From: Mobula hypostoma
Lineage: Eukaryota
Reading direction: 5' to 3'
NCBI RefSeq assembly: GCF_963921235.1
Contig: NC_086109.1
Location: 14,076,001 to 14,140,000 of the forward strand
DNA length: 64,000 nt
The position numbers and the translations under genes were made by a program. Each line of letters begins with the position of its first letter. Positions within the stretch are counted from its first letter, which is position 1. Below, in pieces: positions 1 to 12,400 of the stretch. The notes under the pieces were generated by a model. The model was not told where the DNA came from, made no database searches, and saw only the letters and a program-made list of their open reading frames with translations.

Positions 1-197
1 AGTATGTGTGATTGCCACCTTGAGGTGTAGGCACGCCTTCATCTCTCCTCCTCACTGTCAAGCCCTCTCCGATTGTGGACCACCGCCCTAGCTGGATCAG
101 ATGGGAGGGCTGCGTTTCGGCTCTGCGCCCAGCTCCAGGATTTCGCGCGGCCTCATCGAGGGGTTACACTTCACCTTTTTCTTTCTCTGCTCGCAGG

Positions 198-419
198 ATG
201 TCCACGCGACCACCGGCTCGTTGCATGGACCTGAATGGAGACGCGGTCATGGTCCACGACCAGGTGAAAGTGGAAGAGGTGGAGGAAGAACGGACCTGTT
301 ACGGACCCCACGTTGCCTCGTTCCCCAACAAGCCTCATCCTGAGGGGCTCCAGGCCAAAGCGGCCGCGGGGAGAGAGAACCACGACCTGGAGAGGTTGGG
401 CTTCGTGAAGCCAACACAC
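198..419 (+). CDS. SOX13: SOX13 coding exon 1 ([15 protein letters not shown]...FVKPTH); exon starts at 197
   Basis: Polypyrimidine tract and CAG acceptor ending at 196, ATG at 198, donor CAC|GTAAGT at 420; phase 0. The true first exon lies upstream of the window and could add residues, as in SOX5. Confidence 0.8.
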
Positions 420-3400
420 GTAAGTTGCCAACACCAGGGCCGGAATTAGGAGAGTCAAATTTAACTTGTAGCTTGAGTTGAACCCTACCTAGGTCGACCA
501 TTACTGCCGAGTAACTTCTGCTAAAGCAGGCCAGTTTGAACAGAAAACGCTAGAAATACTCAGCAGGTCAGGCAGCTTCTGCGGGAAGAGAAACAGAGTT
601 AACTCTTTGGTCAAGGAGCCTTTGCCAGAACAAGGAAAGAATAAACTGAAGTATAGGGAAAGAAGGATAGGTTAAAGGGAATATCTATATTAGAGTGAAC
701 ATCTTTGTATTTCTGTATAGAAGCTGTTACATTTATCTGTGCAAATGACAAAATTGCTTTGAATATTATAGTAAATGATTAGGTTCAAAATTACAGAGGA
801 AGAGCTGCAGTTTTAGCATTGCAGTTGGGAGACAAGAATCAGTGAATGTTGTATTCAAGTCACAACTGTAAGATACAAAAGAATAAGCACAATGGTACTT
901 TCTGAACTGGTAATAATCCTTGTCTAAGCAAAAAACTACGATCAAGAATGGTGACCTTCATACCTTCCACTATTACCTTTCCCCTAAGCCATGCTATGAA
1001 CTCTCTAAGAAATTTTTGCTGCTTACTTTATAGAGATCCTGTTCTTCGGGATCAGAATCAGGATGATTATCACCGGCATGTGTCGTGAAATTCTTCATCT
1101 CTTGCTCGCTGTCTCCAACAGTACAATTAATGATACCACTTCCTCTGTTTTCTGCGTTCACCCTCTCCACCCGCCATGTTGCAGCGGTACAAGGTGGTGT
1201 CGAGGCCACACGTGGAGAACTGTGTACGGCAGTGACACAAACTGTACAAAGGGTGCCATTAAGCTAGAGAGGGTTCAAAGAGGACTTGCGAGGTTGTTGT
1301 CAGGGCTCAATGGGAAGTGTTTGAGCAGGCTAGGACTCTAATCCCTGGAGCATTGGAGACTGAGGAGGTGATATTCTGGAGTTGTATCAAATCATGAGGA
1401 GCATCAAATTTTATTTATTGATATACAGCGTGGAATAGGCCCTCCTGACCATTCATGCCGTGCTGCCTAGCAACCCCCGATTTAATCCTAGTATAATAAC
1501 TGGACAACTTACAATGCCCAATTAGCCTACCTCGTCTTTGGAATGTGGGAGGAAACTGGAGCACCCAGAGGAAACCCGCACAGTCACGGGGAGAACGTAC
1601 AAACTCCTTAAAGGCAACGGCGGGAATTGAACCCGGGAATGAGCACAGTCTTTTTCCACGAGGTTAGAGGATCAAGAACCAGAAGGCATGTGTTTAGGTT
1701 GAGAAAGGAAAGACTTCCCAGGAACCTGCCGTTGCGGGCGGGGGAGCAACTTTTTCCTCCAGAAGGTAACTTGCATATGGAATGAGCTGTCAGAGGATTG
1801 CGATAAAGCAAGTTCATTAACAGCATTTGAAAGGTACTTGACAAGTACCTGGATAGGGGAATATGGACCAAGTACAGGCAAATGGAGCAAACTTGGATGG
1901 ACATCTTGATCGGCATGGACAAGTTCTGCTGAAGAGCTTGTTTCTGTGCTGTATGACTTGGTTAAGTGACCAAACAAATTGCTTGGCAGCTAAGAAGCAG
2001 TATTGCCACTCCCTTCTCCTTGCCAAGGAATGAGCAAGTCCGTGACTGGCAGAGTCTGTGGACACAGCGCAGCCGGGCAAGGGGAACCCGTGGTCTCGGC
2101 AGCCTCTCAGGAATATCGACCTCTCCCCTCTGAGACCCATGCTGGAGAGCTAAGAGCAGAATGTGGGTTGACATCCTGTTCCCGAGGAAGAGCCGTATAT
2201 TGTTCGTCCTGTACTGTGCTGTAATATTCTACGTTCTGGAGGAGGGAAGGGTTAGATTGAACCCACAGTAGGTTAGAAAGGCGGCATATTATCATGGGCT
2301 AAAGGGCATGTACTGTGCTACAATGTTCTACATCTGGAATGAGGTGGAAATAGACCAGCAGTCTAAAGGAGGAACTGTGCTCTGCGTAATGTTCCAGCTG
2401 CTATAACCTAACCAAAACACATTGTGAATCAGGATTACATTTATTATCACTGACATGATATTTGTCGTTTTGAAGCAGGGCAGCAGCAGAGTGCTACACA
2501 TAAAAAATACTATAAGGTACAATAAAAAAGAATCCTCAGTGGGAATATTTCAAGAAGTATGTTGTGGGAGCCTTAGGTTCCATATGAGCAGGTTCAGGAA
2601 CAGTTATTACCCTACAACAATCAGTCTCTAAAACTAGTGTGGATAACTTACTTCAAACAAGAGAAAATCCATAGATGCTGGAAATCCAAGCAACACCCAC
2701 AAAATGATGGAGGAGCTCAGCAGGCCAGGCAGCATCTATGGAAAACAGTCCAGTTGGCGTTTTGGGCCGAAACCCTTTGGCAGGAAGGGTCCTGCTGAAG
2801 GGTCTCAGCCTGAAACATCAACTGTGCCTTTTTCCATAGGATACTGCCTGGCCTGCTGAGTTCTTCCAGCATTTTGTGGGGACAACTTATTTATTTACTT
2901 CATTATTACTTATTATTGTTATTATTTTGTGTTTGCACAGTTTGTCTTTTGCACAATGGCTGTTTGTCTGTCTTTGTGTGTAGTTTTTCATTGATTCTAT
3001 TGTTGTACTTTGTTCTAATGTGACTATCTACAAAAAATGAATCGTCATTAGTTATATGATGACAAATAGGCATCCGTTAGTCACTTGAGACCATGGATTA
3101 GCGCCTTGGAAGGTTTCCAGGGCGTAGGCCTGGGCAAGGTTCTATAGAAGACCGGCAGTTGCCCATGCTGCAAGTCTCCCCTCTCCACGCCACCGATGTT
3201 GTCCAAGGGAAGGGCACTAGGGCCGATACAGCTTGGCACCAATGTCGTCGCAGAGCAATGTGTGGTTAAGTGCTTTGCTCAAGGACACAACACATTGACA
3301 CAGCTGAGGCTCGAACTAGTGACCTTCAGATCACTAGACCGACGCCTTAACCACTTGGCCACGTGCCATGACATATAACATAATTTAATCATAAATTTGC

Positions 3401-6400
3401 TTTGAACTTTGAACTGTAAGCTACTTTCAGATGCCTTTAGATAAAAGCAAGTCTCTTAGCTTTTATAACAATTATGCCACAACTGAGACGACTAAGAGTT
3501 ATTCACAATTTTGGTTGTCAACACAGTGCAGTCAGTAGCTGTTGAGCACTCTGTTTTTATCCAGGTATTATATATTATAAATAGGTATCCAGGAATTAAA
3601 CACTTTAGAAGAGCAGTTATTGTTAACTTCTCCTGGCTCTGCACACAGGACGCTGCCAGAATCAGCAGTCAAGGTAATCCTGTGACCTACACTGTGATCA
3701 GTGTAGGGGTTCCCAACCTTTTTTATGTCGTGGACCCACCCCTACCATTATCTGAAAGGTCCGCAGACCCCAGGTTGGAAGCCCCTGGTCTAAAGAATCA
3801 CAGTCACCTCCCAGTACAGTCTGGCTACTGCTGAGTCTTTGCAGAAGTCTACTCAAAATTGCTGGCTCTTGAATCTCCTTTGGTTTTATAAGATAATCTG
3901 TAGATTGAAGTGCTAGTTTAGACACTCCTTTGATGTTTTCAATGTCTTTCGCGCTTTGAACAACACTCCCAGACTTATAATTCCCAAGATCATTAGTAAG
4001 AGTGATATGATGATTGGCTAGTAGTCTATTATTAGCCCTCTCATCCCATTACCCTGCTTTCTCCCCATAATCTTTGACACCCTGACTAATCAAAGACCTA
4101 TCAACCTCCACTTCAAATATACTCAATGACCTGACCTCCACAGCTGTCTGTGGCAATGAATTCCACAGACTCACTACCTGCTGGCTAAAGAAATTTCTCA
4201 TCTCCGTCCTAAATGGATGTCCACTATACCAAGGCTGTGCCCTCTGGTCCTTAAATCACCCACTATAGGAAGCATCTACTGCACATTTACTCTATCTAAG
4301 CCTTTCAATATTTGATAGGTTTCAATGAGATATCCCCTCGTACTTCTAAACTCCAGCAAGTACAGTCCCAGAACCATCAATCAGTCCCCATAGCATACTC
4401 TTTCATTCCCGGAATCATTCGTGTGACCCTCCTCTGGACCCTCTCTAATGCCAGCACATCTTTTCTTAGATAAGGGGCACAAACCTGTTCACAATACTCC
4501 AAGTGTGGTCTGACCAGTGCTTTATAAAGCCTCAGCATGACTTCCTTGCTCTTACGTTCTAGTCCTCTCCAAATGAATGTTAACATTGCATTTGCCTTCC
4601 TCACCAACAACTCAACCTGCAAATTAGCCTTTAGGGAATCCTGCACAAGGACTCCCAAGTCCCTTTGCAACTTGGATTTTTGAATTTTCTCTCCATTTAG
4701 AAAACAGTCCACGTTTTTATTTCTTCTGCCAAAGTGTATGACCATACATGGAGCATTGGCTGATTGGCAGGAGGCAAAGAGAGCCTTTTCTGTTTGGCTG
4801 CTGGTGACTAGTGGTGTTCTGTAGGGGTCGGTATGGGACCAGTTCTTTTTATGTTATATGTTAATGATTCGGATAACGGAATTGATGGCTTTGTGGCCAA
4901 GTTTGTGGATAATACAAAGATACGTGGAAGGTCAGGTGGTGTTGAGGAAGCAGGGAGGCTGAGGAGGACTTAGACAGGTTTGGAGAATGGGCAAAGAGGT
5001 GGCAACTGGAGTACAGTGTTGGGAAGTGTCCAGTCAGAAATCTGATGATGGAGGGGAAGAAGCTGTTTCTAAAACATTGATCATTTGTCTTCAGGTCCTG
5101 GCTTACTGCGACTGTGTTCAATTTGCCAGCAGAACCACCCTTTGTGATAATTTTCTTTTGCACTGCGATAACTCTTTATCCAGTCTCCAAAGTCTGAACC
5201 CACCTCATGTCAGTAGCTGAAGGTGTGAATGTAGTCTAAATTGGAAAGTCACCCAAAAAGCTTTTTTTGCGATGTTGGCCACTTGTTTGGGGCCAAGTTA
5301 GTTCGAAGTCAGTTTATGCAGAGTCAGAAATTTCACAGGTTTGTTCAAAGTGCTGCATTATTGAGCCGTGATTTGCCAGTTAAACAAAATGTTTCTGCAG
5401 AATGGCTTTAACAGTCGCTTGCTGGGTTGGAACGATATGCCCCATCTTTAAAAAGCAGAGTAAATAGTATATAGTTCCATGTTGTGTGAGGGAGTTACTT
5501 GGTAATGGTTATTGGTTTATAATTCTCACATGCAGTGAAAAGCCTGGCTTGCATTCTGTTCATACAGATCAAATCAGTGCACAGCACATCGAGGTAGAAT
5601 GAGGTAAAGCAATAACAGAATGCAGAATAAAGAACAGAGAAAGTGCAGTGCAGTTAGGCAATGAAGACCATAATCACAATGAGGTAGATTGTGAGGTCAA
5701 GACTCCATCTTATCATGCAAGATGTCTGCTCCTGAGTCTGATAAGCGTGGGATAGAAGCTGTCCTTGAGCCTGCTTTCAGGCTTTTGTATTTTCTGCCCG
5801 ATGGGGGAGGGGAGAAGAGAGGAAGTCTGGGGTGAGTGGGTTATTTGATTCGACAGAGAATTTGGATTTGAAAGGGTAGAAGAAATATAATACATTGACA
5901 CCAGCTGCAACCATTCGGGAAAAGGTACCGCAGCATAAAAGCCAGCACCAACTGGCTTCGGGACAGCTTCTTCCAGCAGGCCATCAGAGTGATTAATTCA
6001 TGCTGATACAGTCGTATTTCTATGCTAGACTGGCTGTCCTTGTTGTACATACTATTTATGACATTGCACATTTAAACGGAGACATAACGTGAAAATTTTT
6101 ACTCGTCACGTATGTGAAGGCTGTAAGTAATAAAGTCAGTTGAGTTGAATAATAGAAGTAATGAGGGATCCTGCAAGGAGTCGCAACGCTGCAGTGCTAT
6201 CTTGCACCCACTGGGTCTTCTCTGACCACACGAAAGAGCCCACCCAGTTGCGCACACGCGGCCTCCTCACAGCTTACAGCCCAGCAAGAGAGTCTCCTTT
6301 TCAAGCATCCATCCTTTCTTAAAAGTTAATTTCCTCCAGCTACTGCAGGTCATTGTAGCGACTGATCTTGCAATTACAGCCCTTCCTTGGTTAACAAAAG

Positions 6401-9400
6401 GGTTCCATTGTTACCAACATCATTAAGGTTGACTTTGTTTGCGAGTTGGAAAATACACAAAAATCTAAGATATAGTAGCTGAATCTCCACAATGCTGTAC
6501 TGAATGGCATCAAAGGTACATAAGATTGATAAGGAAGAACAATAGCTAAGACTGGAGGAAGAATTATACCAGTCCTGCCATACATAGGAACCAAATTATG
6601 TACGTACGTCGGACTTTTAAATGTACTAACATTATGAGAGCTTGCTTGTATCTGGAAGTGCCTGTACGTCCGGCATTTGTAACCCACAGAGAGCATTATA
6701 CGTTAATCCAAGTCTCCTGGCAACTGACCCTCATCCATTTGATACAACCATCACTCTGCCTGCTAGGTAGGGAGATGGGAACTTAAGCTTGCAAATCTGT
6801 CATCACCCCTGATAATTGTGAACAGCCCCCTTAACCATCTCTGCGCTGAGGAAATTAATCTCATTATTTCTGATCTTGGCTTACTAGTGGATTTCCCTTC
6901 CCTTCTGCAGCTTGATAAATCTCTCCGCAGAGTCTTGCCATTCTTCTTAAATTATTTGGCGTGTTATTTCTACAAATGTGAAGCAGGCTGTTCAGGCTGC
7001 AAGAGGAGTTTCATCTCATTTATCCAGGACACGGCAGATTAATGTCCTGGATTCTCTTTTTGTAATCACCTTTATAAGAAAATCTTGTTTGCTTTAATTT
7101 GAACGTTTTTTTCTGTCGTTATTTTTTAAATTTTTTAACATTTTGAATGTAAAGTCAATTTTTTAAAATATGGTCATGAGGAAATTTTTTATTGACATTC
7201 ATTTTTATTGAATTTTGGAAATACTCACTGGGTCATCAGAATCCATGAAGAGAGGATCTAAACTGTAGACCACAAGCATTTCTAGAAATCTAAAGTAACA
7301 CAAACACACACGCACACACAATGCTGGAAGAACTCAGCAGGTCAGGCAGCATCTATGGAAAGGAAGAAAGAGTCAACATTTCAGGAATGATGCAGATGAA
7401 CGACTGCAGCCCGAAACTCAGATTGTTTATTCTTTTGCATAGGTGCTGCCTGACCTGCTGAGCTCCTCCATCGTTTTCCGTGTGTGTATCTAAATTTTGT
7501 AAGTGGTAAAAAGTTAGAAACGAAATGAGATGCAAAGACAAGAGGGGGCGATAGGCAGAGAGAACAAATAGAATTGTGATCGGGTGAAGAACAGGTGAGA
7601 TTTACTGAAAGCACAGCAAAGCTATGAATGGAGAAGGAATAAATCGGAGGAAAAAAAGATCTGATATAACTGGCAACAATTGTTTTGCTCTCCCCTCTCG
7701 TTACCATTTCTGTTCTTCAGATTGGGTTTATAGCCTCCCATTTACTCCTCTTTCTTTCAGACATAGCTGTTGTTAATCAGTAGCCCTAATCACCCAGTCA
7801 GACCAAAAAAACAACAAACTGCTGAAGGAACTCAGCAGGCAAACAGATGCTGCAGGGTTTCAACCTGAAATTTCAACCTCCCTTCCCCCCTTTGCCTCCA
7901 CAGATGCTGCTTGGCCCACTAAGTTCTTCCAGCAGTTTGATTTTTGTTGCAGATTCTGGCTTCTACAGTCTCCTGTCTCTCCCTTCCCTCTGACAGTCGG
8001 CCAGTAGCCCTACTATACTGAGTCACTGAGTCCTGGTCCGCACCCCATCCCTCCTGTTCTCTATGCGGTATCCCACTCCGCTCTCCCAGCCCTTTCCCTG
8101 CAATGCGCTTCATTCCTAACTTTTACCAGTTCAGATACAATATTAGCTCTAAAGACACAAGACGCTAAGGGGCTGCAGATGCTGGAATCTGGAGCAACTA
8201 ACAACCTGCTGGAGGTACTCAGTAGGCCAAGCAGCACCTGTGGGGGGGGGGTGCGGTTTGCGGAACGGGAAGGTAAAGGAACTGTCAGGCTGCGCTTGGT
8301 GCTGATGCAGCATTTCGACCCAAAATGTTGGCAGTTCCTTTCCCTCCCCAGCTGCTGCTCACCCTACTAAGATCATTTGGCAGATTGCTTGTTGAAGTAT
8401 TAACTCTCTTTCTCTCTGTTCACGTGTTTCCCGGCCAGCTGAGTTGTTCCAACAAATTCTAAAGCCGAGTTTTTTTTTTCCTCTCTTGTTTTTGAATCAA
8501 TGTCAATTGGTCTATCTACCAATAAGAATTAACGCCTCAGTTTTTTTTTGAAAGGTTGTGGTATATAATATCAATGGAACATTTTTCGTTGCTTGAAGCA
8601 AAGTTGATGCTTTTTTTTTCCTCATTGCTTTATCTTCTACCATCCTCATGGTGTTTTAACTTTTTTTTCTTTCTCTCTCCATTTTTTTTTCTTCTTACTG
8701 CAATTTTCTTCTTTCATTCCACCTCCTCAATAATTGAGGCCTCAGTAAGAATGGGTGCCTCCAGTCTGCAGGCCATTGCCTGGATTTGCAGCTGCAGTGT
8801 AGAAGAACATCCCAAAAAGTAAGTAAGCAAGGTGTTGTCTCTCGTGTGTTCTCCCAACCTGTAGTCACATTTGGCATCAGGCTGTGTTGCCGTGTAAATT
8901 AGAATTGGAATGCACGGGGAACAGGGAATGGAAGCCTTTGAATGTGGTAAGGAAGAAATGATATTCATGGCTGTTCTCAATATAATCCTCAAAAGCAAAG
9001 TTTACTGCAATGGGATCCTCCTTTTCAGAATGAGAATCGCTTTCTTGCCAGCGTGTGAAACATTCCAGAATTGATTGTGGTAAGGTGTCAAGCATAAAAC
9101 ACAGGACAATACCGCAACAGGCAACACGACAGCAGCCAGCAGTTTACAAGACAATAGTGCATACAGCTGTGAGCAATCAACAATTAGCACAAATATCAAT
9201 AATCAAATTTAAATGTGAATATATGGGCAGGCTAAATAATTATCAATAAAACAAAGACAGCAGGAAAGACCATTGAACGGGTGTTCAATTAGGGTGTTGG
9301 AAGCTGGATAGCTACAGGAAAGAAGCTTTGACGGTGACGTGTAGTCCTGGTGGTGATGGACATCATGTCTCCCTGTTGGCAGTTTGGTGACTACTAGGAT

Positions 9401-12400
9401 GGGTGGGGTCAGCAGTAATTTTTCTAGCTCTTTTCTTCGCTCTTATTACTCCTAGAGGACATCAACCCCAAGTCCCATGGTTATGTCAGCATCAGAGCAG
9501 TCTTGCCTGCCTTGCTTAGTGCAGTCTGGACCTTTTGGAAACATTGCAGAGAGCTGAAAGGTGATCACCGGGAACACGTAATGAACCAGGCGCCATGGAG
9601 AGGGTGACGTCATAGATACAGCAGGGAAACAGGCCATTCGGTCCATTGAGTCAGTACCAAATATCAACCAACCATTTACACTAATTCTACATTGGTCCCT
9701 TTTGTTTTACAATGATCCATAGACATGCCAAACTTTTAATATCAAAGCTGAGTTTATGGTAACCTTCACAAGTACATGTATGCGCTTTTACAACAATTCC
9801 CCAGTTGCTTGCATCATTTTTAGTGGCAGGATAAGAGGTGGTAGAAGGTGGGGAGGTCTGTAAGAGCTGTGGGAGATGATAGATCTTTTCACTTTGTTCT
9901 GGAGTAACACAACCTGTGCTGTGGATCTCATTCACTTTTTGCCGTCCAATCAACCTCTGTCTTCTACTCTCCAAGTTCAAGTTCAGTTTATTGTCATTCA
10001 CCATGCACATGTACACCACCAAATGAAACAGCGTTTCTCCAGACCAAAGTGCACAACACAGTACAGATAACTCTCACAGAACACAGAAAGCAATATTGCC
10101 ACAAATGAATTAACAAATAACAAGGTGCATTTACGACAGAAGTTATGGAGTAAAGACTATAGCGCTACTGGCGCTTCGTACGTGATGAGGTTGAGAAATA
10201 CCAAGTGGGAATACATTCCCACTTACCTCTGAACAGCACGAATCATGAATCATGCAGGCGGATATTGTCCACTGTGTAAGTTTAACTATGAAGAGGCTCT
10301 GCAGAATAAAACCCAGACAAGCAAACTCCAGCAGGGAGAGTGGTCAGGAAGCAAACCTTTGGATCTTCCCCTCTCTCCCTCCCTCTCGCCCATGCTTTCC
10401 CCCTTTTTGTGACCTCCCACACTCCTTTTGTTCCCCATCCCAGGACATTTTCCCTTCAGCCTTGCCATCATGCTCTTTTTTTGCTCCATACTGTGACCTT
10501 CCTGAAATATTCCTGGCTCATCCGGTAGCTGTTTCTCAGTGTAAAGCTCCCTGGGTAATGTTGCCACTGTTTGGGAAATTAACCGAACAGACCTGGTGTT
10601 GCCTATGGATTGTGTACAGTTTATGGCAGCGGTCCCCAACCACCAGGGCGCGGACAGGTACTGGACCGCAGAGCAGGTGCTACCAGGCCGTGAGGAAACA
10701 ATACGAGTCGGCTGCACTTTTCCTCATTCCCTGTCACGCACCGTTGAACTTGAACATAGGGTTGCCAACTGTCCCGTATTTGCCGGGACATCCCGTATAT
10801 TGGGCTAAATTGGTTTGTCCCATATTTCCCCCGCTAAGGTACAGCGTTCCTCTGAAACCTTTTGTGCCGAAATGGTGTAAAGCAAAGAAGCAATTACTGT
10901 ACCATTAATGTATATGGAAAAAACTTTTGAGCATTCCCAGACCCAAAAAATAACCTAACAAATCATACCAAATAACACATAAAACGGAAAATAACACTAA
11001 CATATAGTAAAAGCATGAATGATATGATAAATACACAGCCTATATAAAGTAGAAATAATGTACATACAGTATAGTCGGGAAGATGAAGGCCAAACCGATT
11101 TGTGAGGGGGGGGGGAATCTGCATGTACGCGCATGCGTACGTTACACATGCGCACACAGGTGCCCGCGCAAGGCTTCATGGTCATGGTAGTCTTTCCTGG
11201 TGTCCCGGGATTTGACTGCTACTTTTGTCCCTTATTTGGGAGTGAGAAAGTTGGCAACCCTAACTGTAAAAGACATGTTGAGGTGAGCTTAACCCTACTT
11301 GAACACCCACCGGGTGGGCCAGTCCGCAAGAATATTGTCAATATTACACCGGTCCGTGGTGCAAAAAAAAGGTTGGGGAACCCTGGTTTATGGTTGTTCT
11401 GTGAATTGCTTTTATTTCTATTCTGGATTATGCGCACCCCCTTTGTAGACAAATGCTATTTGCTCTACAGTTGTCTGTCGGGAAGTGTTTCACATGGCAA
11501 GTATGTTCAACCAGTTGAGCTGTTAGGCACAATGCACGGACCTTGTGTTCCATTAGTGCCAAGTAAAAGTCTGTGCCCTTTTGAGTGCAAACTAACTAAA
11601 TTCCTCCATTTGCAATGCCAGGCTTCATCCTCACCGAGAGACGATGGCCACCAGGACCACAGTACGTTCACCATTGCATTAAGCAACCTGGAGAGAATGG
11701 ATTTCACCAAGAATTTAACAGAGGGTGAGTTCAGGCCCAAGACCCTATTATAGAAATGCATGAGACTGCTCGAACTTGTGGCAGGGAAACATTCTTCTGC
11801 TGGGCTTCTGCAGCTATTTGGGGTTACAGAATATCTTTCATCTTCAGCTTGTTCCTCAAGTGTTGGTTGCAGTGTTCTGTGGCAGAAAGAACGAGGGTTT
11901 CAGCATAAACACAGGAGATTCTGCAGATGCTGGAAATGCACAGCAACACACGCACTAAATGCTGGAGGAACTCAGCAGGTCAGGCAGCATCTATGGAGGG
12001 GAATAAGCAGTCGCTGTTTCAGACTTGGTGAAGTGTCTGGGCCCAAAAGAGTATCAGTGGGCTGTTTAGCTGGCATCTGCTCCCTTATGACTCAGTTCTT
12101 TCCCTGATAGATCCTTGGGAATGCTATCCCAAACTGGATGCATTGTGGAGCCACTAAACGGGACTGGCTTAACTATTCTCCTCCTCATATCCTGCACTGC
12201 CTCAGTGTCCTTGAAACCCATCCAGCCACACCACACACACATGCACAAACTGTTCGGTCACAGGGAAGGGTTGAGGAAGACATCTGCTTGACAGGTGGAC
12301 CGTCCCACTGAAGAATGGTCATAAAGTCGGAGAGTAACACAGGACCTTTGGCCAAACCCATCCAAACTGATCAACACACACATCAATTCTAGTCCCATTT

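Noticed and set aside
75..197. Upstream extension of ORF 75..449
   Set aside because: Starts at GTG and crosses the polypyrimidine tract and acceptor, so it is intronic.
10252..10908. 218-aa ORF, and similar long ORFs at 15217-15876, 45117-45818 and 62244-62912
   Set aside because: No recognisable domain; they span repeats or are antisense to real exons.
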